Assembly (NCBI GenBank): GCA_022572355.1
Contig: JACZWC010000018.1
Span: forward strand, 79 to 64,078
Reading direction: 5' to 3'
Source: Bacteroidota bacterium
GTDB lineage: Bacteria > Bacteroidota > Bacteroidia > NORP154
Length of the DNA: 64,000 bases
Of the stretch, positions 17,792 to 29,200 are shown piece by piece; within the stretch, counting starts at the first letter, position 1; the number at the start of each line of letters is the position of its first letter. The notes beneath the pieces are model-generated. The model was not told where the DNA came from, searched no databases, and was given only the letters and a program-made list of their open reading frames with translations. The translations under genes and the position numbers were made by a program.

Positions 17792-19141
17792 CTACCGACT
17801 GGGTTCTTCCAGCACAAAGGTATTCATGAAATTGGTCGTGTATTTTCCACTTTTGAATGCTTCATCGTTCATGAGTTGTTCATGAAAAGGCATTGTGGTC
17901 TTCACACCTTCTATGATAACTTCTTCCAAAGCCCGCTTCATCTTGGCAACTGCCTCGTCCCGGGTTTGCGCAACCGTGATAATTTTGGCAATCAACGAAT
18001 CGTAATCAGGTGGAATGGTGTAACCAGAATAAACATGCGTATCTACCCTAACCCCATGCCCCCCTGGCTTATGGAAATTAGTAATCGTTCCCGGACAGGG
18101 CCTGAAATCATTGTATGGATCTTCCGCATTAATCCTGCATTCAATTGCGTGCATCTGTGGGTATAAGTTTTTCCCACTAATTTTTTCACCCGCCGCTATT
18201 TTTATTTGTTCTTTAATAAGATCATAGTTAATTACCTCTTCCGTGATTGGATGCTCCACCTGTATGCGTACATTCATTTCCATGAAATAAAAATTTGCCT
18301 TCTTATCCACGAGGAACTCTACAGTACCTACTCCTTCGTATTTTGCCGCTTTCCCAGCCTTAATTGCGGCCTTCCCCATCTTCTCACGCAGCTTCTGAGT
18401 CATAAAGGGAGATGGCACTTCCTCCACCAATTTTTGATGTCTTCGCTGAATACTGCAATCGCGCTCGGATAGATGCGACACACGGCCATAACGGTCACCA
18501 GCGATCTGAAATTCTATGTGCCTCGGATCCTCTATAAATTTTTCGAGGTACATATCGTTATTACCAAATGCAGCCATAGCCTCGGCCCTGGCTTTGTCCC
18601 AGGCGTCCTCCAGCTCATCTTCCTTCATCACAACTCTCATTCCCTTACCACCCCCTCCAGCAGTTGCTTTAAGCATTACCGGATAAGTGATTTTTGCGGC
18701 CCATGAAAAAGCATCTTTTAAATCCTTAAGAAGCCCATTTGACCCTGGAATTGTAGGAACACCGGCTTTAGCCATTGTTTTTATAGCATTTGCTTTATCC
18801 CCCATGGATTCAATCATCTTTGGAGAAGCTCCAATGAATTTAATCTTATGCTCCTCGCAGATTTTCGAGAATTTGGCATTCTCCGACAGGAACCCATAAC
18901 CGGGATGAATCGCATCCGAATTCGTAATCTCTGCTGCTGCGATAATGCTTGGAATGTTTAAATACGACTTCGCACTTTCAGCCGGGCCTATGCAAACAGC
19001 TTCGGATGCAAACCTAACGTGCAAGGAGTCTCTATCTACTACGGAGTATACCGCCACCGTTTCGATCCCCATTTCCTTACAAGTTCTGATAACTCTAAGG
19101 GCTATCTCTCCTCTGTTGGCGATCAATATCTTTTTAAACAT
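17792..19141 (-). CDS. accC: Acetyl-CoA carboxylase biotin carboxylase subunit
   Basis: [29 protein letters not shown]-grasp GGGGKGMR, 449 aa. Confidence 0.95.
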   Translation of the reverse strand: MFKKILIANRGEIALRVIRTCKEMGIETVAVYSVVDRDSLHVRFASEAVCIGPAESAKSYLNIPSIIAAAEITNSDAIHPGYGFLSENAKFSKICEEHKIKFIGASPKMIESMGDKANAIKTMAKAGVPTIPGSNGLLKDLKDAFSWAAKITYPVMLKATAGGGGKGMRVVMKEDELEDAWDKARAEAMAAFGNNDMYLEKFIEDPRHIEFQIAGDRYGRVSHLSERDCSIQRRHQKLVEEVPSPFMTQKLREKMGKAAIKAGKAAKYEGVGTVEFLVDKKANFYFMEMNVRIQVEHPITEEVINYDLIKEQIKIAAGEKISGKNLYPQMHAIECRINAEDPYNDFRPCPGTITNFHKPGGHGVRVDTHVYSGYTIPPDYDSLIAKIITVAQTRDEAVAKMKRALEEVIIEGVKTTMPFHEQLMNDEAFKSGKYTTNFMNTFVLEEPSR

Positions 19142-19200
19142 TTGGGAAATTTGAAAATTATCAGTTGCCCTCTAATCTGAAAGAACAACTTCAAATCATT

Positions 19201-19743
19201 CTAATGAGGTTCAATCAGAAATATAGGTTGGTCATATTCTACAGGAGAAGCATCATCCACCAATACTTTGACAATTTTGCCTCCAACTTCAGATTCAATT
19301 TCATTGAATAGCTTCATTGCTTCAATAATGAATATTACATCTCCCTCTACCACTTCGTCTCCTACGCTTACAAATGGTGGCTTGTCAGGGGCAGATGCCC
19401 TATAGAATGTCCCTATCATCGGAGCCTTAATGGTTATCAGATTTGAATCTTTGCCTTCTTCAGATGCTTCCTGACCTTCAGCAGCAGAAGTCGGTTCCTC
19501 CGTGGTAACAGGTGGAGCCACTACAACTTGAGTTGGTGCTGCAACAACAGGAACCGTAGAATGAACGACGATGTTATCCGAATCCTGCGGAATAAGCTCA
19601 CCGCGCTTTTTGCGTGGCGGCGTTTTTATAACAATCTTGAAATCTTTAAGCTCTAATTCTACCTCGCTCACACCAGATCGAGATACAAACTTGATCAGTT
19701 CCTGAATTTCACTAAGTTTCATAGGTTTATCTTCTTGACTCAA
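19201..19743 (-). CDS. accB: Biotin carboxyl carrier protein
   Basis: C-terminal biotinyl domain with EAMKLFNEIESE, preceded by a Pro/Ala/Glu linker. Confidence 0.9.
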   Translation of the reverse strand: MSQEDKPMKLSEIQELIKFVSRSGVSEVELELKDFKIVIKTPPRKKRGELIPQDSDNIVVHSTVPVVAAPTQVVVAPPVTTEEPTSAAEGQEASEEGKDSNLITIKAPMIGTFYRASAPDKPPFVSVGDEVVEGDVIFIIEAMKLFNEIESEVGGKIVKVLVDDASPVEYDQPIFLIEPH

Positions 19744-19757
19744 AAGTATAAATTATA

Positions 19758-20747
19758 TTAATTGTTATACGCCCACTTGAGATAGATTGCACCCCAAGTA
19801 AATCCACCTCCAAATGTTGCTATTATTAAGTTATCACCTTTCTTCAACTTGGATTCCCAATCCCACAAACACAATGGAATAGTTCCATTGGTGGTATTTC
19901 CATATTTGCCAATGTTGATCATGACCTTATCCAGATCCAGATTAATGCGTTTCGCTGTAGCTTCAAGAATTCTCTTGTTGGCCTGATGGGGCACGAGCCA
20001 CGCTATATCGTCACCAGTGAGATTATTTCTCTTCATCACTTCCTCTGCTACGTCGGCCATTTTGGTTACGGCAAATTTGAAAACTGCCTGACCGGACTGG
20101 AAAAGGTAATGATCTTTATTGTCTACGGTTTCATGAGTTGACGGATGCAGAGAGCCACCTCCCTTTTGATATAAATATTTTCTACCCGATCCATCACTTC
20201 TCAACACTGAATCAATGATACAATCTCCATTTTCTGCCGGTTCTAACAATACAGCTCCGGCTCCGTCACCAAATATGATGCAAGTAGCTCTATCCGTGTA
20301 GTCTACAATTGACGACATTTTATCTGCACCAACCACAACAACTTTTTTGTGAGAGCCTGACTCAATGTACTTAGAGGCAGTTACCATCGCATATACGAAG
20401 CCTGAGCAGGCTGCCATCACATCATAGCCAAAGGCATTGACCGCTCCAACCTTATCCGCAATTATGTTCGCCGTAGCGGGAAACAGCATATCGGGTGTTG
20501 CCGTGGCGCATATAAGCATGTCTATTTCTGATGGATCAATGCCCCTTTTTTCACACAACCCCTTTACAGCTTCATAACCCAAGTCGGAGGAAGCACCTAC
20601 TTTTAGGATGCGTCGCTCTTCAACTCCCGTTCTTGTTTTGATCCACTCATCGTTGGTATCAACCATCTTCTCCAAATCAGCATTGGAGAGTATGTGATCG
20701 GGAACGTATCCATGAACGGCAGTTATAGCTGCTTTCACTTCACTCAT
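19758..20747 (-). CDS. fabH: 3-oxoacyl-ACP synthase III
   Basis: Active-site AACSGFVYA, then HQANKRI and GNTTNGT motifs. Confidence 0.95.
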   Translation of the reverse strand: MSEVKAAITAVHGYVPDHILSNADLEKMVDTNDEWIKTRTGVEERRILKVGASSDLGYEAVKGLCEKRGIDPSEIDMLICATATPDMLFPATANIIADKVGAVNAFGYDVMAACSGFVYAMVTASKYIESGSHKKVVVVGADKMSSIVDYTDRATCIIFGDGAGAVLLEPAENGDCIIDSVLRSDGSGRKYLYQKGGGSLHPSTHETVDNKDHYLFQSGQAVFKFAVTKMADVAEEVMKRNNLTGDDIAWLVPHQANKRILEATAKRINLDLDKVMINIGKYGNTTNGTIPLCLWDWESKLKKGDNLIIATFGGGFTWGAIYLKWAYNN

Positions 20748-21685
20748 CTTGATAATGCTGTTTTTATTCTACTGGTCAGATCGGCCTCAACCATATCTCT
20801 TGTCAATATCATCATGTTTTTTACGGCCAACTCACTTGAGCTGCCATGGCCAATAACGACAGGAGCATTGATACCAAGTATAGGAGATCCTCCGTAATTC
20901 TCATAGTTAAACCTTTCGAGATAGTCATCCTGTATTCCCCTTTTTTTGAAAGCGAAATAGAATGCCTCCGCCTCTTTCAGTACCACATTACCGGTAAATC
21001 CGTCACAGACAATTACGTCGATGGTTTCACTCAACAATGCCCCTCCCTCCACATTCCCGACAAAGTTAAAATCTTTTGTACCATTCATCATTTCATATGT
21101 AGCCTGTGTAAGTAAATTTCCCTTTTTCTCCTCCGCACCTATATTTAGCAAGCCAACTCTTGGATTTTTGACATCATGAATATATTCCGCAAACAACGAA
21201 CCGAGAATGGCAAACTGGTACAACACATCAGGTTTACAATCCGCGTTTATTCCAACATCCAGCACTATGGTAAATCCACCATCTACATTCGGAAGTGCAG
21301 TGAGAATACAGGGACGATAAATACCAGCAATAGTACTTATGTACCGCATTGACCCCACGAGCATTGCTCCGGTATTACCGGTACTGGCATATCCATCAAT
21401 ATCGCCATTTCGCAGCGCCTGAAAACCGAGGGCAATACTGGAATTTGGTTTTTGAGAAATTGCTCTTGTTGGGGGGTCTCCCATGGCAACTACTTCGGGG
21501 GCATGAGTAATATCAAATAATTTATGATCAACTGACCGATCAGCGAGTGCATTCCTAATTTTCTTCTTATCACCAAACAAAACCAATCGAACATCGCGGG
21601 AAAGTTCTTGTTGAGCCAGGATAGCACCGTCGATATTCGAATCGGGGGCAAAGTCGCCTCCCATGATGTCTAATCCTATCTTCAT
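20744..21685 (-). CDS. plsX: Phosphate acyltransferase PlsX
   Basis: MKIGLDIMGGDFAP N-terminus. 4-nt ATGA overlap with fabH. Confidence 0.95.
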   Translation of the reverse strand: MKIGLDIMGGDFAPDSNIDGAILAQQELSRDVRLVLFGDKKKIRNALADRSVDHKLFDITHAPEVVAMGDPPTRAISQKPNSSIALGFQALRNGDIDGYASTGNTGAMLVGSMRYISTIAGIYRPCILTALPNVDGGFTIVLDVGINADCKPDVLYQFAILGSLFAEYIHDVKNPRVGLLNIGAEEKKGNLLTQATYEMMNGTKDFNFVGNVEGGALLSETIDVIVCDGFTGNVVLKEAEAFYFAFKKRGIQDDYLERFNYENYGGSPILGINAPVVIGHGSSSELAVKNMMILTRDMVEADLTSRIKTALSR

Positions 21686-21719
21686 AAGCTCAAATAAGTT
21701 GAATTGAGCATAATAATGA

Positions 21720-21905
21720 TTATACGGAGATCGAATTGTCTACAGCAGGCTTACCCCGGTAATAGCCACATTCCGGGCATACCCTATGGCGAAGAACCGG
21801 AGCGCTGCAATTTGAACAGGTACTCAATGTGGGAACTTCTGCTTTTATGTGAGCTCTTCGTTTGTCCCTTCTCTGCTTGGAAATTTTTCGTTTAGGATGT
21901 GCCAT
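21720..21905 (-). CDS. rpmF: 50S ribosomal protein L32
   Basis: MAHPKRKISKQRRDKRRAH plus a CxxC...CxxC zinc knuckle. Confidence 0.95.
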   Translation of the reverse strand: MAHPKRKISKQRRDKRRAHIKAEVPTLSTCSNCSAPVLRHRVCPECGYYRGKPAVDNSISV

Positions 21906-21923
21906 TGGATATTCTTTAGTTTA

Positions 21924-22442
21924 TTACGTGTCTAATTTAAGTTTTTTGAGTGCCTCCCATCTTGGATCTATCGTTTCTTCATTATTCACTTTCCCGTTTA
22001 AACCATTTAACCTCTCGATGGTTTCGGGATCGCAATCTGCTTCCACGTGCACTTTTCTTTGAGGAAGTTGCAAATGTATGTATTCAAAAATATAGGGTGC
22101 AACATCAATAGTATTTTCCTTTTCAGGTATTACAATAATCTCATCCGTTTCTTCATATATCTTTTCTCCAAATTTTACGATCAATCGGTTATTGCTGTTT
22201 ACTGGCAGTTCCAATAAATCAGAGCAACGATCGCAAATAGTGTTCACGCTTCCATCAATTCTAAATTCCAGCACCAGCAAATTATCTTCCTTCATGAACT
22301 CTATATTCACTTTGAGGCGACCGCTGGTAATCTCAGCTGAATTCATTTCCACAAAGAAATTCTCCTCGATATCAAACGAGAATTGGTGCAGTCCCACTTC
22401 CAGGGAAGCAAATCGAATTTCAAATGGTTTTTCCTTCTTCAT
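21924..22442 (-). CDS. DUF177 (YceD-like) protein
   Basis: 172 aa. Conserved position immediately upstream of rpmF-plsX. CDRC motif. Confidence 0.85.
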   Translation of the reverse strand: MKKEKPFEIRFASLEVGLHQFSFDIEENFFVEMNSAEITSGRLKVNIEFMKEDNLLVLEFRIDGSVNTICDRCSDLLELPVNSNNRLIVKFGEKIYEETDEIIVIPEKENTIDVAPYIFEYIHLQLPQRKVHVEADCDPETIERLNGLNGKVNNEETIDPRWEALKKLKLDT

Positions 22443-22460
22443 TTTTGGTCAAAACGGGTG

Positions 22461-22468
22461 CAAATGTA
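22461..22468 (-). promoter_or_regulatory. -7 promoter box (minus strand TACATTTG) for the DUF177-rpmF-plsX-fabH-accBC string
   Basis: Plus-strand CAAATGTA lies 19 nt upstream of the ATG at 22442. Confidence 0.5.
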
Positions 22469-22529
22469 TGAATTTCAGAGATAATACAAAAGGTATTTTG
22501 ATTCAGTACCACCCACTTATAAACACCTG

Positions 22530-23543
22530 CTATGCGTGTGCTCGAGCATGATGAATATTACATGCCATGTACAGTGCATTCACAAATGATTCTTCACTCG
22601 CGAGGTTCTTGCCCGCAATATCGTAGGCGACTCCGTGATCCGGGGATGTGCGGACTACTGACAATCCAGCGGTAAAGTTGACTCCTGAGTCAAATGCCAG
22701 TGTTTTAAAGGGTATTAAACCCTGATCGTGATACATAGCCAAGATCCCATCATATAATTTTAATGATTTAGAACCGAATAATCCGTCGGCTGAAAATGGC
22801 CCTTCTGCTTGAATGCCCTCTTCATTTGCCCTGGCAATGGCAGGAACAATGATTTCCTCTTCCTCACTGCCAAGAAGTCCGCTATCTCCCGCATGTGGAT
22901 TCAATCCCAGCACTGCAATTTTTGGATTTGATATACCGAAGTCATTTATAAGGGAGTGCGAAAACACTTTTAACTTTTGCACAATTAATTCCGAATTGAT
23001 TGACTCTGAAACTCGTTTTAAAGGAATATGTCCGGTTACAACACCCACTTTCAATTCTTCGGAGCACATCAGCATAATTATGTTTTCTCCATCGAACTTC
23101 CGCTTCAGGTATTCAGTGTGGCCAGATACACTGAATTGCTCAGATTGAATATTGTGTTTGTTAACCGGTGCAGTGATTAAAATATCAGCCTGTGTGTCTT
23201 GCACAGCTTCTATGGCACTGTTCAAGGAGAGAAGGGCGCACTTGCCGCCCATTTCCGTGGCTGTACCAGGTTTCACGTCAATTTTTTCATCCCAGCATTC
23301 TATAACATTGACCTTATGGTCTACCGCTTCGTTGGCATCGCTGATGACCTGAAACTTAAAATTATCATATCCCAGAACCCCCTTGTAAAATTCAAATACC
23401 TGTGAGGATCCATAAATGATCGGGGTACACAACTCCAGGAGTTTTTCATTTGCAAAAGACTTGATAATGACCTCTGGCCCTATACCATTGATGTCACCGA
23501 TGGTTATAGCGGCTTTGATGTTATCGGACTTGGAATTATTCAA
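22530..23543 (-). CDS. pdxA: 4-hydroxythreonine-4-phosphate dehydrogenase
   Basis: GDINGIGPEVI, SGHTEYL, LNPHAGDSG and TSPDHGVAYDIAGK motifs. Confidence 0.95.
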   Translation of the reverse strand: MNNSKSDNIKAAITIGDINGIGPEVIIKSFANEKLLELCTPIIYGSSQVFEFYKGVLGYDNFKFQVISDANEAVDHKVNVIECWDEKIDVKPGTATEMGGKCALLSLNSAIEAVQDTQADILITAPVNKHNIQSEQFSVSGHTEYLKRKFDGENIIMLMCSEELKVGVVTGHIPLKRVSESINSELIVQKLKVFSHSLINDFGISNPKIAVLGLNPHAGDSGLLGSEEEEIIVPAIARANEEGIQAEGPFSADGLFGSKSLKLYDGILAMYHDQGLIPFKTLAFDSGVNFTAGLSVVRTSPDHGVAYDIAGKNLASEESFVNALYMACNIHHARAHA

Positions 23544-23548
23544 TGTTG

Positions 23549-24985
23549 TTAAACTTTATTCACGAAAAAGTCGAACAACAAACGCACGCCGACACCTGTT
23601 CCGCCGATACCTCTATAACTGTCTCGGCTATCGAGAAATGCCGGGCCAGCAATATCAAGATGTATCCATGGATAATCTGTGAAATGGTGAAGAAACTTAC
23701 CGGCAGTAATGGATCCGCCATAGGGTCCGCCCAGGTTTTTGATGTCAGCAATTTCAGATTTGATCATCTCACCATATTCCTCCCAAAAGGGCAATTCGGC
23801 CAAGCGCTCATGAACATTGTGTCCACTTTCCTGTAGTTTTTCATGCTGCTTTTCTGCTCCCTCATGCATGGATACCATTCCGATGGTACCTATAGCTGCA
23901 ATCGATGAGCCAGTTAGTGTTGCCAGGTCAATTACCAATTCTGGTTTGAACCTCTTGGCATAGCTCAAAGCATCGGCGAGGATCAACCTGCCCTCGGCAT
24001 CAGTGTTGAGCACTTCCACATAAGTTCCGTCATGCATAGTAATCACATCACCCGGAACATAGGCGTTTCCAGATGGCCTGTTATCTGTAGCCGGAACCAA
24101 TCCAATTACATGCACCTTCAGCTTTGCTTTAGCAATGGCGTACATGGTTCCCGCAACTGCTGCTGCCCCGCCCATATCACATTTCATGAATTCCATTGAC
24201 TTTGGAGTGGGCTTTAGACTCAGTCCGCCAGTGTCAAAAACAACTCCCTTACCTACCAGCACATAGGGCTTCTTGTTCCTGAATCCCTTTGGCTTCCACT
24301 CCATTATCGTGAAGGTTGGCGGGTCAAGGCTTCCTTTATTAACTGCCAGCAATCCACCCATTTTCAGCGACTGTATTTTTGACTTATTGAAAACCTGCAC
24401 TTTAAATCCAGACTCCTTTCCCATTTTTTGAATTTCTTTAGACAACTGTGTTGCCGTTAGAAACCAAAGTGGTTCATTCACCAGGGTTCGTGCATAAAGG
24501 CTACCCTGTAACGAAGCGTTCAGTCGAGCTATATCCTTTGAGCTCACATCTCTACTGTGAACCCGAATTGATTTTAGAGAAGCCGCTAGTTTCTTTTTAT
24601 CAGTTTTATATCTCAGAAATTGATAGTTACCGAGGGCCAGCCCTTCGGCAAATGCCAACAAGTGAATTTTATTCTTCAAAGCGCTTCTGACCGTTATTCG
24701 ATCTAATTTATCCGAGTTCAATACGGCCAGCATGTCGCATCCAGCCCGGCGACAAACTTCTGAGGTTAGTTCTTCTGTCTTTCCTTCTTTGATTACAGCG
24801 ATATGAACGGCCCGCTTGTATTGATTGATCGTAACCATTTTTTGCTCCTTCTTGGTAATACAGTCCTTTACATATGCCAACTCTTGTTTTGAAAAACCGG
24901 CATCTTTGAAATTCGACTTTTTGTCGGCGAGGATTACAACATTCTCCTGATTTGAAACCGATGTAACACTAGATATTTTTGTCAT
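23549..24985 (-). CDS. pepA: M17 leucyl aminopeptidase
   Basis: VGKGVVFDTGGLSLKP and NTDAEGRLILADAL motifs. Confidence 0.95.
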   Translation of the reverse strand: MTKISSVTSVSNQENVVILADKKSNFKDAGFSKQELAYVKDCITKKEQKMVTINQYKRAVHIAVIKEGKTEELTSEVCRRAGCDMLAVLNSDKLDRITVRSALKNKIHLLAFAEGLALGNYQFLRYKTDKKKLAASLKSIRVHSRDVSSKDIARLNASLQGSLYARTLVNEPLWFLTATQLSKEIQKMGKESGFKVQVFNKSKIQSLKMGGLLAVNKGSLDPPTFTIMEWKPKGFRNKKPYVLVGKGVVFDTGGLSLKPTPKSMEFMKCDMGGAAAVAGTMYAIAKAKLKVHVIGLVPATDNRPSGNAYVPGDVITMHDGTYVEVLNTDAEGRLILADALSYAKRFKPELVIDLATLTGSSIAAIGTIGMVSMHEGAEKQHEKLQESGHNVHERLAELPFWEEYGEMIKSEIADIKNLGGPYGGSITAGKFLHHFTDYPWIHLDIAGPAFLDSRDSYRGIGGTGVGVRLLFDFFVNKV

Positions 24986-24996
24986 GATATTATTTG

Positions 24997-25004
24997 TAAT
25001 TTTG
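24997..25004 (+). promoter_or_regulatory. -7 promoter box TAATTTTG for the Mqn-type radical SAM gene
   Basis: Exact TAnnTTTG, followed by CCTTCC. It lies 24 nt before TTG 25028 and 78 nt before GTG 25082. Confidence 0.5.
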
Positions 25005-25027
25005 CCTTCCGCAATCTTCGATAACCT

Positions 25028-26242
25028 TTGGTCAAAGTGGAAAGCTATTGCGGGTCAAAGTTAATTAATTGTTACACAATCGTGAATACTGACAGACTGT
25101 TACAAGAGGCCCTGGACTTCAAATTTCTCTCGGCTGAAGATGGAAAATATTTGTTTGAGAACGCCTCTACACCTGAGTTGACATTTGTAGCCAATGAGTT
25201 GAGGAAAATCCAGAAGCCCAACGGAAAAGTAACCTGGATCATCGACAGAAATGCCAACACCACCAACGTCTGCATCGCCAACTGTAAGTTCTGCAATTTT
25301 TTTGTGCCCCCTAAAAAAGTTCACGATGCGAAGGCGAATGGCACGCCAAACTATGTGAATGGTTACATCACGACCATTGATCAGTACAAAGAAAAAATTG
25401 AGGAGATGTTCCGCTATGGTGGTGATCAGTTATTGCTGCAAGGAGGCCATCATCCAGATTTAGGATTGTCATTTTACAAGAAATTGTTCTCTGAATTAAA
25501 AAGTCTGTACCCGAATTTAAAATTACATGCGTTAGGGCCACCTGAAATTGCCCATATTTCAAAGCTCGAAGGCATGTCGCATACGGCTGTGCTGTCTGAA
25601 TTACTGGAAGCGGGTTTGGATTCCCTTCCCGGAGCAGGTGCGGAAATACTCAACGATCGAGTACGCAGAATGATCTCTAAAGGCAAGTGTACTGGCACAG
25701 AGTGGCTGGACGTGATGCGAGCTGCTCATCAACTGGATATAACCACATCGGCTACCATGATGTTTGGACATATTGAAACCCTGGAAGAACGCTTTGAGCA
25801 CCTTGTGCTGCTCAGACAAGTGCAGTCTGAAAAACCCGAGGGAGCCAACGGATTCCTCGCCTTTATTCCATGGCCCTTTCAGGATGAAGATACCATCCTG
25901 AAAAATGTAAAAGGGATAATGAATGAAGTAACGGGCGACGAATACATAAGAATGATAGCGGTGAGCCGCATTATGCTGCCCAACATCATCAATATTCAGG
26001 CTTCCTGGCTTACAGTAGGGCCGAATGTAGCACAGCTTTGCCTGCATGCAGGTGCCAATGACTTTGGTTCAATTATGATAGAGGAGAATGTAGTTTCTGT
26101 AGCTGGAGCTCCCCATCGTTTTACTTCTGATGGCATTCAGGAATCTATACGCGAAGCGGGATTTGAACCGCAATTACGAACTCAGAAATACGAGTTTAGG
26201 GAATTACCTGATAACATAGAACAACAGGTAATTAATTATTGA
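25028..26242 (+). CDS. Radical SAM enzyme of the MqnC/MqnE/CofH family (futalosine-route menaquinone biosynthesis). The true start may be GTG at 25082.
   Basis: CIANCKFCNF CxxxCxxC cluster after IIDRNANTTNVC, and C-terminal ...ANDFGSIMIEENVVSVAG typical of the family. Confidence 0.7.
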   Translation: MVKVESYCGSKLINCYTIVNTDRLLQEALDFKFLSAEDGKYLFENASTPELTFVANELRKIQKPNGKVTWIIDRNANTTNVCIANCKFCNFFVPPKKVHDAKANGTPNYVNGYITTIDQYKEKIEEMFRYGGDQLLLQGGHHPDLGLSFYKKLFSELKSLYPNLKLHALGPPEIAHISKLEGMSHTAVLSELLEAGLDSLPGAGAEILNDRVRRMISKGKCTGTEWLDVMRAAHQLDITTSATMMFGHIETLEERFEHLVLLRQVQSEKPEGANGFLAFIPWPFQDEDTILKNVKGIMNEVTGDEYIRMIAVSRIMLPNIINIQASWLTVGPNVAQLCLHAGANDFGSIMIEENVVSVAGAPHRFTSDGIQESIREAGFEPQLRTQKYEFRELPDNIEQQVINY

Positions 26243-29200
26243 GCCTTCCCCCTTGTTTGTTGGAAGGATTGATTGAGCAGATCAAATTTCGCCTGAATCT
26301 CTTTGTTTAGTTCAACTTGCTTAAAAGACCTGGTAATTCGCACCATGCTCTGCATTACCGACATGGCCCGCTGTGTTTCCGATGTGACCTTGCTCGCAAA
26401 CTTTCCTCTTAAGCTAAGATAGTAATCCAGGTCATCCTCATAAATCTCCACCAGCCGATTTACAATAGTATTCGCTTTGTCAAACTCACCCGCCCTGTAA
26501 TAGCCTTCTGCGATCGGTGTCATGAAGAGGTTGAAAGGAATTTCTGCATCCGGCATTTCTTCAACACACTTGTCGAGTACCTTAACTGCTGAATCTATCT
26601 TTCCCTCATTTAACAAGGCATTGGCAAGTCGGGCAAAGTTGTTTCTTAGGTTATAAGTCATCCTCATATTGGTTTCACCCATGTACACGCCGTTTTTCAT
26701 TCCTCCCCATTTAAACTTGTTCATCACGTTGTTGTACATGATTTCTGTGTCCACACTTCCCGTTTGTCCATCCCGGTTCTTTGTGCTAATAGGAACAAGT
26801 CTGTACGCAAGGCCTTCTAATCTGAAATATTCTTCCAATTGCAAATAAGCGGAGCTTCCTACGGTAATTGCAAAATAGACAGGCCGCTCCCAGTCGTTTT
26901 CGGCCAGCATATCCAGCTGCATCAAAGAATTCTTGAGAATATAATTACCACTTTTCTCCCACCTCAGTTCAGACACAATTTGATCTGCCATATCAGGACG
27001 CACAATACCTAAATCGAGGATCTTTTGCTTGTTAACCGGCAAGCTGAACTTTTTGGTGGGCAGGTAATTTAACTGCTTTCCGCTCTGTGTTTGAATCTTG
27101 GCCTGGGCGCTTTCGCTCTTCACGAATTCTATGACCTCTTTCAAATCCGTGTATCCCTTCAGTTTCCTGTCATAAAAAGGAATATAATCACGTGTTCCCT
27201 GTCTGTACTGCTCCTTTTTCAATGAGAAGGGCACAGGCTCAGAATCATAAGCTTTTCTGGCCATCTGATCGATGTACCAATCTGTATTCGAGAGACTCAG
27301 GTTCATCACCCTTACATCAGTTCGTACACCTTCCACCTCCTGTGCATACCACAAAGGGAAAGTATCATTATCCCCATTCGTAAAAATAATCGCATTGGGC
27401 GCACAGGAATTTAAGTAGTTACAGGCAAAGTCCCTGGCAGTGTACAACCCTGACCTGTCGTGATCGTCCCAATTAACACTTGCCATTAAAGCCGGAACCG
27501 GCAAACATATAAGTGTAGCCAGAACGCCCGCCAATTTGGCGTTGAGGTTCTTCTTGAGAAATTCGAAGATTCCCAATACGGCCATACCAATCCAGATGGT
27601 GAAGGCGTAAAAGGATGCCGCATAAGCATAGTCTCTTTCTCTGGGCTGATATGGATACTGGTTCAGGAATACTATAATTCCAAGCCCCGTAAGCAAGAAG
27701 AGTACGGATACCACAAAAAAGCTCTTCTTGTCATTTTTATAATGAAAGACCACTCCAATCAATCCCAATATTAGCGGCAAACAATAAAGTTTATTGTAAG
27801 CCTTGTTGATTTTCATGCTTTCGGGTATATTATTCTGTGGTCCTATCCGAATTTCGTCGATAAATGAAATTCCACACAACCAGTTACCATCTGTAATATT
27901 TCCGTGGCCCTGTGTGTCGTTCTGCCGTCCCGCAAAGTTCCACATGAAGTAGCGAAAATACATCCATCCTATCTGATAGCTGAAGAAGAAATTCAAGTTT
28001 TCACCGAAGCTTGGTTTCTTGTCTTTTCCCCCTTTAAATCCAGACCACTCCTTATATGCACGGACATGGTTTTTTTTATCGCTGTACATCCTTGGAAATA
28101 TACTGCAGAACTTCTTGTCGTAATTGGGAATTGATTGCCTCTTATTATCAGATACAATATACTTCCCAATCTTCTCATCCGGATAATAAACAGGTGATCC
28201 GTCTTTATATGGTTTTACCTTATCCAATGGCGCATTAAAATATTGTCCATAGGCAAGGGGACGGTCTCCGTATTGCTCACGACTCAAATAAGATATAAAT
28301 GCAAATACATTTTCCGGATTGTTTTCGTCCATGGGTGTATTTGCCATTGAACGGATCACAATCTGCGCATAGGTAGAGTATCCAATGCAGATAACAGTAA
28401 AACACAAAATTGCAGTATTAACGAGCGGTTTGTTGTTTTGCTTTGACCACCTTAGTCCCCAAATGATTGCCCCAATAACCACCATCGCAAAAAACACTAT
28501 TCCCGATCCAAAGGGCAATCCAAAACTATTTACAAAGAGCAGCTCAAATTTAGACGCAAACCTGACCATGTACAGCACGATTCCGTATTGCACCCCAAAG
28601 AGAATGACAATACCTACCAAAAGTGCCTTGATGATACCCAGTGGTGTAGTTTCATACTTCTTATAGTAGTACACCAACGCAAGAGCTGGTATGGTTAGCA
28701 GGTTCAGGAGGTGAACCCCAATTGAAAGGCCCATCAGGTAGGCAATAAGAACGATCCATCGGTCTGGGTGGTCCTCTTCAGGAATGCTCTCCCATTTGAG
28801 AATGGCCCAGAACACGAATGCGGTGAAGAAGGAAGACATAGAATAAACCTCTGCTTCTACTGCTGAAAACCAAAACGTATCAGAGAAAGTATAGGTAAGC
28901 GCTCCTAAAATACCACTTCCCAGAATAGCATAACCATATTCATCCAGCGATTTGCCCGCTGCTTTGATCATCATCTTTCCAAGGGCCGTTATGGTCCAGA
29001 ATAAGAATAGGATAGTAAAGGCACTGCACATGGCTGACAGGGCGTTGATCATAAACGCGGCCTTATCGGGAGGTGTAAATAAGGTGACAATTCTTCCTAA
29101 CATCTGGAAGAAAGGCCCCCCGGGCGGGTGACCAACTTCAAGCTTATATGCAGTTGCTATATACTCTCCACAGTCCCAAAAGCTCACAGTGGGCTCCATG

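Noticed and set aside
26236-26242. 7-nt overlap of the convergent stop codons of the Mqn-type gene and the DUF2723 gene
   Set aside because: TTATTGA contains both stops (TGA on plus, TAA on minus). This is a trivial compact-genome arrangement, not a regulatory feature I can support.
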